A DNA stretch of 64,000 nt, taken from contig OZ024741.1 in NCBI GenBank assembly GCA_964016885.1, positions 291,338,001 through 291,402,000 of the forward strand, in the 5' to 3' direction. The number at the start of each line of letters is the position of its first letter. Positions within the stretch are counted from its first letter, which is position 1. The DNA comes from Eledone cirrhosa. Taxonomy: Eukaryota. Made by a program: the position numbers and the translations under genes. This document shows positions 28,190-41,869 of this stretch, piece after piece. The notes beneath the pieces were generated by a model. That model saw only the letters and a program-made list of their open reading frames with translations, searched no databases and was not told where the DNA came from.

Positions 28190-29488
28190 ATGTTCAAATT
28201 TAATGGTAAAACATATGCCCAAGAGGAAGGAGCAGCCATTGGTGTTAGCATTGCAGGCGACATAGCTAACTTGTTCATGGTATGGTGGGACAGTAGACTT
28301 AAACAAAAACTTAATGAACAATTAGAAGACAGCTTAACCCTGATAATGTACTCCCGCTACGTAGATGATATAAACATCGTAGTTAAGACACCCCCACTAA
28401 AGAACAGTCAGGAACCAGAGAAAAACACAATGGAAAGCATCCAGCAAATAGCAAACTCCATCCACCAGAGCATTAGAGTTACTATAGACTACCCAAGTAG
28501 ACACCCCAACCATCGATTACCTGTACTAGACACAAAGCTCTGGTTAGATACTATTAACAACCAAAAACAAATCCTCCATTCCCATTATGCCAAACCCATG
28601 ACTTCCAAACATCTGATCCACCGAAACTCGGCCATTTCGGACCATACCAAAATCAACATACTGATTGCGGATTTGGTACGGGTGATGAGAAATGTGTCCC
28701 GCATGTGCAACCCCGAAGTACTAGAGAGACACATACAACACTTCATCCACCGTATGCAGTTCTCTGGCTACAATCAGGGAGATAGAATCAGAGTGTATAA
28801 AGGAGCCAGAACCAAATGGGAAAAAATGGTAAATAATGACATAAATGGGACCTGCCCCTTGTATAGGAGCAAATTTTGGAATAGAATAGAAAGAACTGAG
28901 AACAAGGCCAATAGAATAAACTCATGGTATGATAGCAATAAATACCAGAGTGTAATGTTCATCAATACAACCCCTAGAGGCGAACTAGCCTACAAATTTA
29001 GAAGGGCCCTAAAGAAACATAATCTCAATATTAAGATAGTAGAAAGACCTGGTACCTCCGTAAAAACACTTATTAGCAAGACATACCCGTTCCAAAGACC
29101 CTCATGTATAGATAAGAAATGTATAACCTGTAAAATAAGCCTCCATATTAACTGTAAAACTAGAAATGTAGTATATAGCATAAGATGTACTGAAGGACAA
29201 TGTAGAAACAAAAATATAGTGTACATAGGTGAGACAGCTCGTAGTATAGGGGAACGAATAAATGAACACTGGCGAGACCTCCAAGATAGTAAAGAATCAT
29301 CTGTGCTCTACCAACATGCTAAGATAGAACACAGGGGTAAATTAGAGAGCATAGAAATAAAAATAGAATCCACACACAAGAAAGACGCAATGTTTAGGCA
29401 AATTACAGAGGCAGTAAGCATAAAAGAATTAAAACCAAAATTAAATAGAAAATATGAGTGGAACAGCAACATCACAACTTACAATTAA
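28190..29488 (+). CDS. Penelope-like RT (C-terminal part), Cys-rich linker and GIY-YIG endonuclease; 432 codons without interruption
   Basis: [48 protein letters not shown] linker, VVYSIRC...[26 protein letters not shown]...LNRKYEW; 5'-truncated, so not a full-length gene. Confidence 0.85.
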   Translation: MFKFNGKTYAQEEGAAIGVSIAGDIANLFMVWWDSRLKQKLNEQLEDSLTLIMYSRYVDDINIVVKTPPLKNSQEPEKNTMESIQQIANSIHQSIRVTIDYPSRHPNHRLPVLDTKLWLDTINNQKQILHSHYAKPMTSKHLIHRNSAISDHTKINILIADLVRVMRNVSRMCNPEVLERHIQHFIHRMQFSGYNQGDRIRVYKGARTKWEKMVNNDINGTCPLYRSKFWNRIERTENKANRINSWYDSNKYQSVMFINTTPRGELAYKFRRALKKHNLNIKIVERPGTSVKTLISKTYPFQRPSCIDKKCITCKISLHINCKTRNVVYSIRCTEGQCRNKNIVYIGETARSIGERINEHWRDLQDSKESSVLYQHAKIEHRGKLESIEIKIESTHKKDAMFRQITEAVSIKELKPKLNRKYEWNSNITTYN

Positions 29489-29785
29489 GGACAAAATGAA
29501 AACACACACACACATAGAACAAACAACTTACAATTGAAAACACACACAAAATGAAAACACACACAAGACAAAATGAAAACACACACACACATAGAACAAA
29601 CAACCAACCAACAATAAATAAATAAATAAACAAACAAATATAAATAGAAAAATAGAAAAATGAACACAAACACACACAGACACCCGGATGTGGCGCATGC
29701 GCAAACTGAGCACGCAACCCACACACAAACAAAATGGCGTAGGATAGAAGAAAGGAAAGGCACAGAAACGAACAAAGAAATCCCC

Positions 29786-29830
29786 AGTCACTGAAGAGGT
29801 CACAGAGTGTGTGACGAAAGAACTATGACT
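29786..29830 (+). ncRNA. Minimal type I hammerhead ribozyme
   Basis: AGTCA-CTGAAGA-G-GTCAC-AGAGTGT-GTGAC-GAAA-GAAC-TA-TGACT: 5-bp stem I, 5-bp stem II, predicted cleavage after CUA at 29825. Confidence 0.8.
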
Positions 29831-29981
29831 ATATATATATAAACAACTATCTGGTTGTGGAACCAACCAACCAACCAGAAATTTATAAATTTGTAAATTT
29901 ATAAATATATATTAAATTAAATTGAAGTGAAAGCAACTGGTGCGTGTGTTTCTTATTGGCAACATGACCCTCCCAAAGTAT

Positions 29982-30117
<136 letters not shown>

Positions 30118-30282
30118 ATATATATATATATATATATATATAAATATATATATACATATATAAGGAAAAAAGATGAAATCGCAAATGTAACTGGAGTCTT
30201 TTTAGGAATATTTATTTGGTTCCTTTACCGGTTTCGCAGTTCTTGTGCTTTTCAAAAGTAGAATTAAGATGATGGGTTTGTG

Positions 30283-30365
<83 letters not shown>

Positions 30366-30366
<1 letters not shown>

Positions 30367-30980
30367 TATTCTAAGGCGGGTAAAATTCCCGAGATCCATG
30401 GACGAGTTCTCTCCAGCGGTCTTTGTCCCTCATTATCGCTGCCATGTCCCTGCGTCTCCAATAGACCAGTGTCTGTCCTTAGGGCATCATAATACGTTAA
30501 ACTTGTTCTTCCTCTTCTAGTGTGTCCATGTAGAGGCTCCCAAAGGAGCACTGAGTGCAATGTCAACTCTAGATCTCGGTGAGCATGTCCAGCCAACCTC
30601 AGTCTCCTCTGTGTCACTTTTGAGCTGACTCTGGTAGAGAATGTTGAGAAGACAGAGGGGATCACTAATGTAGGCGGGAAGCCGCTAGAATTGGTTGAGG
30701 GCTTCCTGTATTTGAGAGCAAAGATTGGGAATACGGAAGATGATGTGGTTTAGGGGAAGAGCAAGGCCTGGGCGGCGTGCCACAGCTTGAGATCGGTGTG
30801 GAAGTCGGACCTTCGTAGAGACCTGAAAATCCGCCTCTTCATTGCTGTAGTGGAGTCTGTGCTGCTGTATGGGTCTGAGACTTGGACACTGACCAAGAAA
30901 CTCACTCAGATGGTGGATGGGTGTTACACGAGAATGGTGAGGATGGCTCTGAACATTAATCAGTATACACTGAGGATGAA

Positions 30981-30983
<3 letters not shown>
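30366..30983 (-). mobile_element. RTE LINE 3' fragment with 5' inversion, in (TA)n
   Basis: - strand 30366-30650: SKVTQRRLRLAGHAHR..LWEPLHG; + strand ~30685-30983: ...LKIRLFIAVVESVLLYGSETWTLT..RMALNI, the segment normally just upstream. Confidence 0.88.
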
Positions 30984-31056
<73 letters not shown>

Positions 31057-31064
<8 letters not shown>

Positions 31065-31370
31065 TGCAAACTCTTCTAAGGTTATTGCAATCGCTTGTCA
31101 GATTACAGAAAATTGTGCACATTTAGGCTACGGCCACCCACACGAACCTGTAACAGATCTGAACAAGCAATGCCTGTGCTTTGGAGGTATTTTTAAGTGG
31201 GAAAAGGCCTTGCACTCGACCAATCCCACTTCCTGAGCATCGAAAACACTACCCGAAAAGGAGAACTGGTCAACATCATCGGATGCTTCCTAAGACGCAG
31301 GGATTTTTTCAGAGTTTCCCTCTCCTAGAAAGGTGGTGTGACAACAACTGGGGGCCTTTAACTCTGAGGT
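31057..31370 (-). mobile_element. Diverged family C copy
   Basis: Reverse complement contains TCTAGGAGAGGGAAACTCTGA, GGGATTGGTCGAGTGCAAGGCCTTTT, GCACAGGCATTGC and ends TTGCAGCCATCAT at (TA)n. Confidence 0.6.
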
Positions 31371-31371
31371 G

Positions 31372-31423
<52 letters not shown>

Positions 31424-31644
31424 ATATATCTTGTCGTATCAATCTGTACTCGCAAAATCTTTAAAGATCTACAGGTTCGGTATACGCGCGTGCAATCATC
31501 CCCATTACGAATAACCTTTGTAAGCACTCTAAGACAGCTTTGCAGCGTTATATGTCAGACCTTGTCTTATTGAGTGACTAATGTAAGCAACCGAGAATAT
31601 AGTGACTGTTTTCCTATACCATGCCTCGTTCAACTTTAAATCTG

Positions 31645-31687
<43 letters not shown>

Positions 31688-31883
31688 GCGTGTGTGTATG
31701 TATCGATGAAATCTTATATAGTTGTATTAAGATCGTTTCCGTGTCCTGATACCGTCATCAGTGTGTGATGACCCTATTAATGAAGCTAAAAAATAACAAG
31801 ACACCGATTTGACTTTTATAAAATCATAAACCTCTACAATGGTACACAGTACTCATTTTTGGGACAGTCAATACTAAACTTGA

Positions 31884-31998
<115 letters not shown>

Positions 31999-32080
31999 TG
32001 TGTGAGTGTGTGTATATAACAACAACTATGAATAAAGTTAATTTTAACCTGTGGAGAAGTATAAACTTCTTGTTTATATA

Positions 32081-32149
<69 letters not shown>

Positions 32150-32442
32150 AAGAAGTATAAGTCCACAGGTTAAAATTAACCTCGTTAACGTTCCTGTTAT
32201 ATACATTTCGGTGATAACCGTTATGCAACAGCCATGACATCATCAGACAGCTAAAATTTGAACAGATTAAACAGAAAAACATAAAGATAGAATAAAGCTC
32301 ACTACTGTTATTTCGATTCCTTGATATTCTCCGTGCTGAATTTTGATGTTGCTTTCTCAAGGCACCGGTAGCATGTATGTATGTATATATGTATGTATGT
32401 ATGCATGTAAGTATGTATGTATGTATGTATGTATGTATATAT

Positions 32443-33052
32443 GTCAGGTCACCAGTTGGTGCTACTGGTAACATGTATCCCAGTACAACCTGTCTCATGG
32501 TCGGGTCGTTGGCGACTAAACTGGCAACCCCACCAAGGTTTCTTGGTGAGGAGGGTGGCTTTGGACATCCTGCAGGACTAAAAACAAAACCTGTCAAAAG
32601 GCAAAGGGGCTCTTAAGAGTCAATAGCCATCCAAAATCACCGGGAGAGATGACCCCTTAGCCTTTGTCAAGGCAGAATTCTAGGAGAAGGAAAACTCTGA
32701 TATAACACCTGCAACCCTGATGGTATCCAATGATGTTGAATTGTTCTTCTTTTTGGTAAATATCATCTTGGTTAAGAGAGTGGGACTGGCTTTGTGCAGT
32801 GCCTTTGCTCACTATAAAAGCTTCACAGCACAGGCATTGCTTTATATCTGGAGATCTCTCTGCACTTGTCGTCACATGGTACCATGGGCCCAGCACTATA
32901 TGTCAATAATTGTCACAGGTGTAGTGTTTGTACCAGAGTTTTCAAGTCGCTGGCTGGACTAAAAAGTCACACTCGTTCAGCGCATTGGTAGGGGTTCTCC
33001 TACATGGATATAAAGTAGTGTCCGTACTCGAAAACGAGTTGGCATCCACCAT
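32443..33052 (+). mobile_element. Family C element, longest form (~610 bp), in (TATG)n
   Basis: GGCGACTAAACTGGCAACCCC, TCTAGGAGAAGGAAAACTCTGAT; highly similar inverted copy at 55695-56288. Confidence 0.8.
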
Positions 33053-33670
33053 GTATGTATGTATGTATGTATGTATGTATGTATGTATGTATGTATGTAT
33101 GTATGTATGTATGTATGTGTGTACGTACGATTCAGTGAATGTTTGTACTACCATTTCATATGCTCAAATCTAAGTCTCTCTTATCATTTTTACTATATTA
33201 AACCTTATGCCTTAGTTCTAATTCGCTTCGTGGTGTGTACTGCGGCGTTTGTTGTACTGATTTAGATTTCCGTAAATGGATTGGATTGAGTGGAAACTAA
33301 GTGCTGTTATCAAGAGCATTATATATGTGCAATATGACGCCTGTAATGATGTTCATGAAATCTTGCCTATTTCTATGGAATAGGAAATGAGAATCTGAAA
33401 CATTTGTTTCAACAGACGCAACAATAAATTTATGCATCTCCTCCGTGACCTACGTATTTATATAAGGTCACGAATTCGGTGACCTTTACAACGTGTTATT
33501 TATTATTTATTTATATATTTCTTTATCCATTTATAATATATATTAGATGAGGCGAAAGTGCAATCGATCTCGGTTTAGTATTTCGTTAAATATAATTAAT
33601 TAATAAAGAATAAAATATATTTATTGTTCACTTTAATCTCCTTCATTCTGATTTATTCCTTTTACCTGTG

Positions 33671-33871
33671 ACGAGGCTCGGCTGAAAAGTTCATAGGCTG
33701 ACTATGAAGGTGTGATGCTAGGGTCGCGAAATCTTGTATGCATTAATCTCAACGCTTCTTATTGATAACTGCATTGCTTCTTTCTAGGGACTATGTTGAA
33801 AAATGAAGCTCATTTGGTCATTTAATAAGCGTATCTTGGTCAACCTATGAACTTTTCAGTCGCCCCTCGTA
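33671..33871. mobile_element. Mariner-type MITE (~200 bp, ~32-bp TIRs)
   Basis: ACGAGGCTCGGCTGAAAAGTTCATAGGCTGAC ... GTCAACCTATGAACTTTTCAGTCGCCCCTCGTA; lone TIR fragment at ~37078-37105. Confidence 0.85.
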
Positions 33872-34280
33872 TATGTTTAGAAATAATAACAAAAATAACA
33901 ACAGCAACACCACCATTTCTAAGAGCATCCTTTATAAACTGTTCTTATAAACAACATCAGCATATCAAGGGAACCTCTACACCTTCACCTAAATTACTAT
34001 ACATTGCGGTCAGATTTTTTTTCAGATTTCATGACACCATACTGATATAGGTAAATATATAGTGTAGTATAACCAAAGATATAAATGTAGACGCAATAGT
34101 AACGACTGCAACACGTTAGTTATAAACGAGTCTGATCGATCAGATCTGAGCTGGGACTAAACAAGTAGCACAACACAACACCAATATAAAATCATCCTAC
34201 CACCACCACTATATAACATACACTACTAGCTCTATAACCAGGATACCTTTCAGGCCAATATCATTAATAATTATTTCTAA

Positions 34281-34818
34281 CCCAGTGCATTACTGGTAGT
34301 TTATTTTATCGATACCGAAAGGATGAAAGGCAAAGTTAAATTCAGCGGGATTTGAACTCAGGACATAAAGGGCCATAACTCTATGCTGTAAAGCATGGTG
34401 TCTGACGCTCTACCGATATTTCCAATTCACCGCCAACATCAATAATAATGGTTTCTGATTTAGGTACAAGGCCAGCAATTTGGAGGGAGGGGAAACGTCG
34501 ATTAAATCAACCCCAGTGCATTACTGGTGCTTTATTTTATCCACCCCATAAAGATGAAAGGTTAAGTTAACCCCAGCGGGATTTGCATTCATAACGTAAA
34601 GGGCCATGGCTCTATGCTGTAAAGCATGGTGTCTGACGCTCTACCAATATTGTCAAGTCACCGCCAACATCAATAATGATTTCTAGTTTAGGCACAAGGC
34701 CAACCATTACCCCAGTGCATTACTGGTACTTTATTTTATCGACCCCGTAAAGTTAACCTCGACGGGATTTGAACTCAGACCATAAAGGGACGTAACTCTG
34801 CTGAAAAGCATGGCGTCC
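34281..34818 (-). mobile_element. Tandem cluster of three family A SINEs
   Basis: Three CCCAGTGCATTACTGGT...GGATTTG blocks at ~34281, ~34512, ~34710. Confidence 0.85.
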
Positions 34819-34899
34819 AATGGCAACAAAGACACTATAAGTTCAAGACAAAAACTAAATCTAGAAACTACAGCAATTACCATAGCAACAACAACTACA

Positions 34900-35493
34900 A
34901 CATCACCACCATCATTATCATCATCGTTTATTTCAACACTGTCATCATCACTATCATCATTAACGCAATAATCATCATTACAGCCACCATCACCAGCACC
35001 ATTATCATTATTGTCTTGGTCACCATCATCATCATCATCACCATGACCACCAGTAGGGCCATCATCGTCGTCGTCATCAACATATTCATCATTAACGTCA
35101 ATCGTCGTCATCATCGTCGTCATCATGAACGCCATCATCATCACCATCATCATTAACGCAATCGTCATCATCATCGTCATCACCATCGCTATCATCTTCA
35201 TCGTTAACGTCAATCGTCATCATCATCGTCATCATCATTAACGCCATCACCATCATCATCGTCATCATCATTAACACCCTCACCATCATCATAATCATCA
35301 TCATCATCATAATCATCATCATCATCATAATCATCATCATCATCATCATTATTACCATCATTAACGCAATCGTCATCACAATTGTCATCACAATCGTCAT
35401 CATTACTAACGACATTAGAATTATCATTATCATCATTAACGCCATCATCATCATCATCACCATCATTAACGCAATCGTCATCATCATTAATGC

Positions 35494-35525
<32 letters not shown>

Positions 35526-35533
35526 CCACCACC

Positions 35534-35565
<32 letters not shown>

Positions 35566-35707
35566 TATCATCATTAACGTAATCGTCATCATCATTAACG
35601 ACATCATCATCATTATCAGCATCATCATCCTCATCATCACCATCATTAACGCAATCGTCATCTTCATTAATGCCATCATCATCATCATCATCATCATTAA
35701 TGCCATC

Positions 35708-35739
<32 letters not shown>

Positions 35740-35881
35740 CACCACCACCACCACCACCACCACCACCATCATCATCATCACCACCACCACCACCACCATC
35801 ATCATCATCACCACCACCACCACCACCACCACCACCATCATCATCATCACCACCACCACCACCACCATCATCATCATCACC

Positions 35882-35912
<31 letters not shown>

Positions 35913-35915
35913 CCG
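34900..35915. repeat. (CAT)/(CAC) compound triplet repeat with a recurring CATCATTAACGC(A) unit
   Basis: Directly visible. Confidence 0.93.
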
Positions 35916-36289
35916 TCTACAGAAGTGGCAGCAGCAAATATATCTCCTTGATCTCCATATGTTGAAATAATAAATAAGATAAAACGATAAAAATAAAAAC
36001 AAATGAAAGTAGTAAAAGCAAGGAGAGGCGGATATGATGAGTATAAAATGTCAGATTGCATGAAGGTTAAAGGATGTACAAGCAAGGAAATCTCTAATTG
36101 CTCAAAGTGCACCATCTTTAGCCTAATGCACTTGGGTAAATTTGATTGCACAATGGGAAATTATGCACTCTTACTCTCTGACAATAAGAGGGTGGGAGAA
36201 TGCATATATGAATACATAAATGCATACGTATACACACATACAAACACGAGCATATACATACATATATGAAAGTATACATACATATATAT

Positions 36290-36535
36290 ATATGCATGTA
36301 TACATACATACATACATATATGCATGTATACATACATACATATATGCATGTATACATACATACATATATGCATGTATACATACATACATATATGCATGTA
36401 TACATACATACATATATGCATCTATACATACATACATATATGCATGTATACATACATACATATATGCATGTATACATACATATATGCATGTATACATACA
36501 TACATATATGCATGTATACATACATACATATATGA
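36290..36535. repeat. 24-bp minisatellite (ATGCATGTATACATACATACATAT)n
   Basis: About 10 units; gives the 8-aa period seen in the ORF track. Confidence 0.9.
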
Positions 36536-37100
36536 ATGCATACGCACAGCTATATGAATACATACATGCCTATATACATACATGCATATATGCATGCATA
36601 TGTACATACATATATATATATATATACTTATATGCATTAATGTGTACACACATACCTAGCTACATACTTACATGCATACATACATATATACTAACATACT
36701 TACATACATATATACGTGTGTGTGTGGGGGTGGGGGGTACATACTGATGACAGCCGTATCAACATCACGTCAATCAATCATTCCTGCAGGTTTACTCCCT
36801 CCCATGTAAAAGGAGGTGATTTGTAATCCAGCGACAAAGGTAAGACTAAGACTCCACTCCCAGGCATTGACAACACTGCAGCATTAGACATCTCAGCACA
36901 GGTAGCTGGAAACTATGACTGCCTCCGCCTATACCAGTTCTTCCAATACGTCGAAATCACGGGTACACCGGTATTTCACTGGTGCAAATTCGCGGGACAC
37001 TCCCTATAGCTGCTGCAATAGGATCAATGTCTATATAGTGCCAGCAATACAGCACTGGCTGGAGAGATAGTATGACATAAGAGAGTCGGCTGAAAAGTTC

Positions 37101-37212
37101 ATAGGATGAAAGGCAAAGTTAACTTCGGTAGGTTCAACTCTGAACGTAAACTGACGTAACTCGATGCCACGAAGAATATTGTCCGACGCTCTGTCGATAC
37201 TCTCAATACCGC
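37101..37212 (-). mobile_element. Family A SINE 5' fragment fused to a mariner TIR fragment
   Basis: AGGATGAAAGGCAAAGTTAAC...GTCCGACGCTCT. Confidence 0.65.
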
Positions 37213-37223
37213 TCTTAGAATTG

Positions 37224-37285
<62 letters not shown>

Positions 37286-38145
37286 ACATAATGAAATAAT
37301 GTCTTTCTTAGAGGCTGTTTCATTTAGTTGAAGGAGAGAATATAGATCTAGTTTCATAATGTCACTGGCTTCTCGTGATTTCTGATAAATATGAATATAT
37401 TTATAATAGTACAAAATGAAAGTGTGTCTTGTGGTTATGAAAACAAAAAGAGAAAGGAAAGGCAATAAATGTAGGGTCACAGAAGAATGGGAGCGAGAAG
37501 GGGAGGGTAGTGGACTCAATACCTAGATCGCGGCGGTATCAGAGCTGTGCTCTGCGGACATGATCGCAAAGCATTCCTGCAGACAATGGCCAACAACACC
37601 CGCTGCAACTGCCACGCCACATCACGGAGCTCCTTATGCGTACGAAAGTGGATATTACCATCGAACAACATCAAAACAATCCTAGATGTCATCAAAGATT
37701 CATACGCGTTACCACTAAATTTTAGATGAGATCTTGAGCTAACATACCTCGATACACAAATGCCTCTCTTACAAAAGACTCTTCTGTGGAGCAGTGTTCA
37801 TATACTCAGAAAAATTACTGTCTCACTGAAGTCTTCAATGCAAAATATTTGTTTCCATGCTTGATAAAGGATCGGTCCTTTTATTTATGTTGCTTTCTAA
37901 GTGTTTTAAATTATTTGTGTATTTTTAAAGGTGGCATAATATGTGTTTTTGTTTTTTACTACATTGTTTACAGAATTTTAAGGAGCGTGAAAACAACTAA
38001 AAAACACCCCTTTCGTTTATTTTTGTGGGATGTTCTATGTGTGATACAAATGGTAGGGAAGCTTTGTATCAATTTTGAAATGGTAAAGTTATGCAAATAT
38101 ATTCAGAACCATCAACGGCTCAAAACGAAGTCGTCTTAATAATAA

Positions 38146-38335
38146 TAATTGTTTCTACTTTTGGCACAAGGCCAGCAATTATCACAGTGTGTTATTGATG
38201 CTTTATTTTATCGACCCCGTAAGGATAAAAGGCAAAGTTAACCTCGGTGGGACTTTAACTCTGAACGCAAAGGACCATAACTCCATGCTGCAAAGCATGG
38301 TGTCTGACGCTCTACCGATGCTGCCAATCCACCGC
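38146..38335 (-). mobile_element. Family A SINE (short form) within (TAA)n
   Basis: Full head-to-tail match to the copy at 1-187. Confidence 0.85.
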
Positions 38336-39606
38336 AGCAATAATTATAATAATAATAGTAATAATAATAAATAATAATAATAATACTAATAATATATTTT
38401 CTTGAGAACATCCTGTATATAGGCGTAATGCTTAAGATTTGTTCATATATGCCAAAGGTTAACAGAACAAAGTATTAATTGCAAAACAGTTGGATATTCC
38501 ATGCCGAAGGAGATGAAGTCAGTTGGTGCTCAACTACTGCCACCCATCTCCCACACTTGCTCTTCTCAAATTTCCTCATTTACTGCCACCAGGGTTGACG
38601 TCTCTGTATGCGCCAACGAAATATCTCATTATTCGAAAGTGGAGGGTTGTATTGCCCTCCGGTAATTTTTTAAAAGATGGATGAGATTGTTGAACGTGAC
38701 CAGGCTAAATAGACCTGCTCTCAATACACAGACAGCGGATCGTAGGTGTAGAATTAGGGAGCGATTAGCTTTAGTAATGTAGAAAATCCTGCAAATTTCT
38801 GCTGGGTACGCTGATTGGATGCACATATCGTCACTGTGAAAATCCTTTCCTGTGCCTGAACATAGTCTAATGACTGAAACTAATAAAATAATAATAATGT
38901 ATATGCTCTCGCGTCTTGAATAATGCTTACCCCGTTATTAATTTTTCAGATTTTTTCAACACTCGTGTTTTTATTACACTCCCAACCACCCCGCTTATTA
39001 AATTTTACTAATCTAACTCCAGCGAAATTTTATTTTAAGTGGTAGCATTTCTGTGATAATTAATTATCTTTATACATTAAAAAATCATTATACATGACAA
39101 AAAAAGAAAGAAAATTGCAAGAAATTTCATATATTATAAAATAAAAAGGATGGGTTAGGGTCACAATATGTAAACTACAGTTGGCTCAATCACATTAAAC
39201 CTGGGACTAAACAGTAACAAGGACAACAATTATAGTATTGATAGTGAGATCGTTAATCCATCTGGAAGATGTTTTAGAGAATTGTTCACACCCAAGTAAT
39301 CCGTGCAGAATGGAATCCATGTACATAATTCCAGGATTATACCTCTCTAGCTCTCACTCACTGTCACCTCTTATACACTCTTCCTATCCCTGTTTCTTTC
39401 TCTTTCTCGGCCTTTCATTCTCTATATCTCTCTTTTTCTTTCCTTCTGTGAAACAAAATATCATGAGCGTTAGAGTGTATGTAGACGAAGCAACTGAGTC
39501 ACAGTTGTAGAGCAAGAAGAGTGTAGGAAAGATAGCTAAGCCCAGATAAACACCAAAATTATACAATAGGTCCATAGAGAGATACATTGAGAAAGAGAGA
39601 GAGGGA

Positions 39607-39682
<76 letters not shown>

Positions 39683-41102
39683 AGTCGATTGATAGATCCG
39701 AAAACATATTTCGGAAACATTTTTAATACTAAGATGAATCGCAAACACATAACATCGTGTAGAGAGACGACACATCTGTAATGAGAAATAAAATGAATCG
39801 TTAATTCTACAACCTTATACGTATGTAACTCAAATTGCTTTCATATTGTTAAAGACGAAACCATGTTTGTTTTGTATTTTTTCTTTTCTTTTTCCATATA
39901 TAGAGATTTCATGAGTAGGTGTTATCATATTTGAATGTGGTTTAAGTGTTTCTCACTTCTGAACTAGAAATAAAGAGACAGTTCTGGCATGTAAGTAGAA
40001 ATCTATTTTTTTTTGTTTGTTTTGTGGTGGTGGTAGGCGTCTTTTCGATCGAAAGATTTGCTGATGTCGTGGATAAGAATATTTATTTTCCATAAGTTCA
40101 CAAATGAGTCCAATGTTATGTAACACAAAAGTAATTTGTGTGCGTGTGTGTGTGTGTGTGTGGTTTGATTATTTGGAAACCAATTGCGGTGGTGTTGGCG
40201 ATGATGATGGGGGTGAGGTGGGGTGGGGAAGCGGCGGTGGGGGTGGGGGTAGTGATGTTGGTGATGTAGTTGGTGATGTTCTCGTTGTTGCTGATAGTAA
40301 TAAAGCTACTCCAATGGTGGTAGCCACTCCCATAATGACACTGGTGCCAGGCTGTAATGGTCCTTGTCCTAACCTTGCACAAAGTTGGTGACTTAGAGCA
40401 GAGATAGCTTGCTGCATGGGCAATATTTAGTCTTATATACCACCTTATCCAGGTCTGCGCTCTGGAGAGGGCACTCCTATATCGCTTCACTCCTCACCAC
40501 ACTTTATCAAAACAGACAGAAACAAGACTCCAGATGCTGATACATAATTTCACAATGGTAAAGAAGAATATATTTATAATGTATTTTCTAACTTGTAGAG
40601 AAGCTCACGCCTGTGTTATAAAAGTGCAAAAAAGGAGTATCAATATAGCAGCATGGTTTACTTAAAATAGCAGCTAAATCTCTCTCATATCAAGGGGATA
40701 TTTTGGTTAATTCGATCCTAAATACACTGAGTCTGGAAAGAATATGGGATAGTCATGCCCCAGGAGTATTTTTGTTACTTTTTTTTTGGGGGGGGGGTTC
40801 CAAAGATTTACTCGATGGGAAGTGATCTGGACCTAAATAATAATAATAATAATAAAAACAACAAAAACAAAGAACAATACTATCGTTATACAGGTTCGAT
40901 CCAAGTGACTGAGCATACTACGTCACTAGAACTTCATACTTCCGTGTTGACGGCATCGTTTCAAACGGAAGGGAAGAAAATTAAAAAAACAAAAAGATTC
41001 TAAATACTGGAAGCATTCCTTGGAGAGCCATGAGCAGAAATATGATCGTTCAAAAGACATCCTGCTTATAGTTACACAGTTTTTTCAAGCACACACACAC
41101 AA

Positions 41103-41138
<36 letters not shown>

Positions 41139-41256
41139 ACACATATACACAAACACACACTCATACACACACAAAGATATACGTACAGTCAGAGACATAT
41201 ATACAAATGCAGTGACACATCAATATATATATACACACACACCTGCATTATATATA

Positions 41257-41301
<45 letters not shown>

Positions 41302-41660
41302 TGTATATACATGCACATTGTGACACATACACAGTCGTATATACGTTTAAAAATAAACATACAGAAAATTTGAAGCACACGCAATGACACATACGTACAC
41401 ATATATACGCACACACGTACAAGCGCACTAACACACGCATATACACACACAGACACAGACACATACGCATTCGTTACCTCTTCCTTTTTATATCTTATTC
41501 CCTTTTCATCCTTCCACATCTCTCTCTCTCATCCTCTCTCTCTCTCTCACTCTCACCCTCTCTCTCTCTCTCTCTCTCTCTCTCCGTCTCACTATCTCTC
41601 TCTCTCTCGCTCTCACTCTCATTCTCTCACGGTCACTCACTCTATCCCACCCCCACCCCC

Positions 41661-41707
<47 letters not shown>

Positions 41708-41869
41708 CATATGTGTGTAAAACTTTCTTTGCTAGGTTAATGTTGATGTTACTGTTGCTGTTGTTTTTATTGCAGTTGTTATTGTTGTCCCGGTTGTCAC
41801 TTTGTTGCTATTGTTTTTAGTCGTTTTGCTTTTATTGCTGCGGCTCTGCTCATGTTCCGGTTGTTATTA

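Noticed and set aside
35098-36151. Asp/Gly-rich and Met/Val-rich ORFs resembling acidic matrix proteins
   Set aside because: CAT/CAC triplet repeat with nearly single-codon usage and no supported gene structure
37525-37790. Possible Tc1/maT transposase N-terminal remnant
   Set aside because: Only vague resemblance; no catalytic motifs or TIR identified
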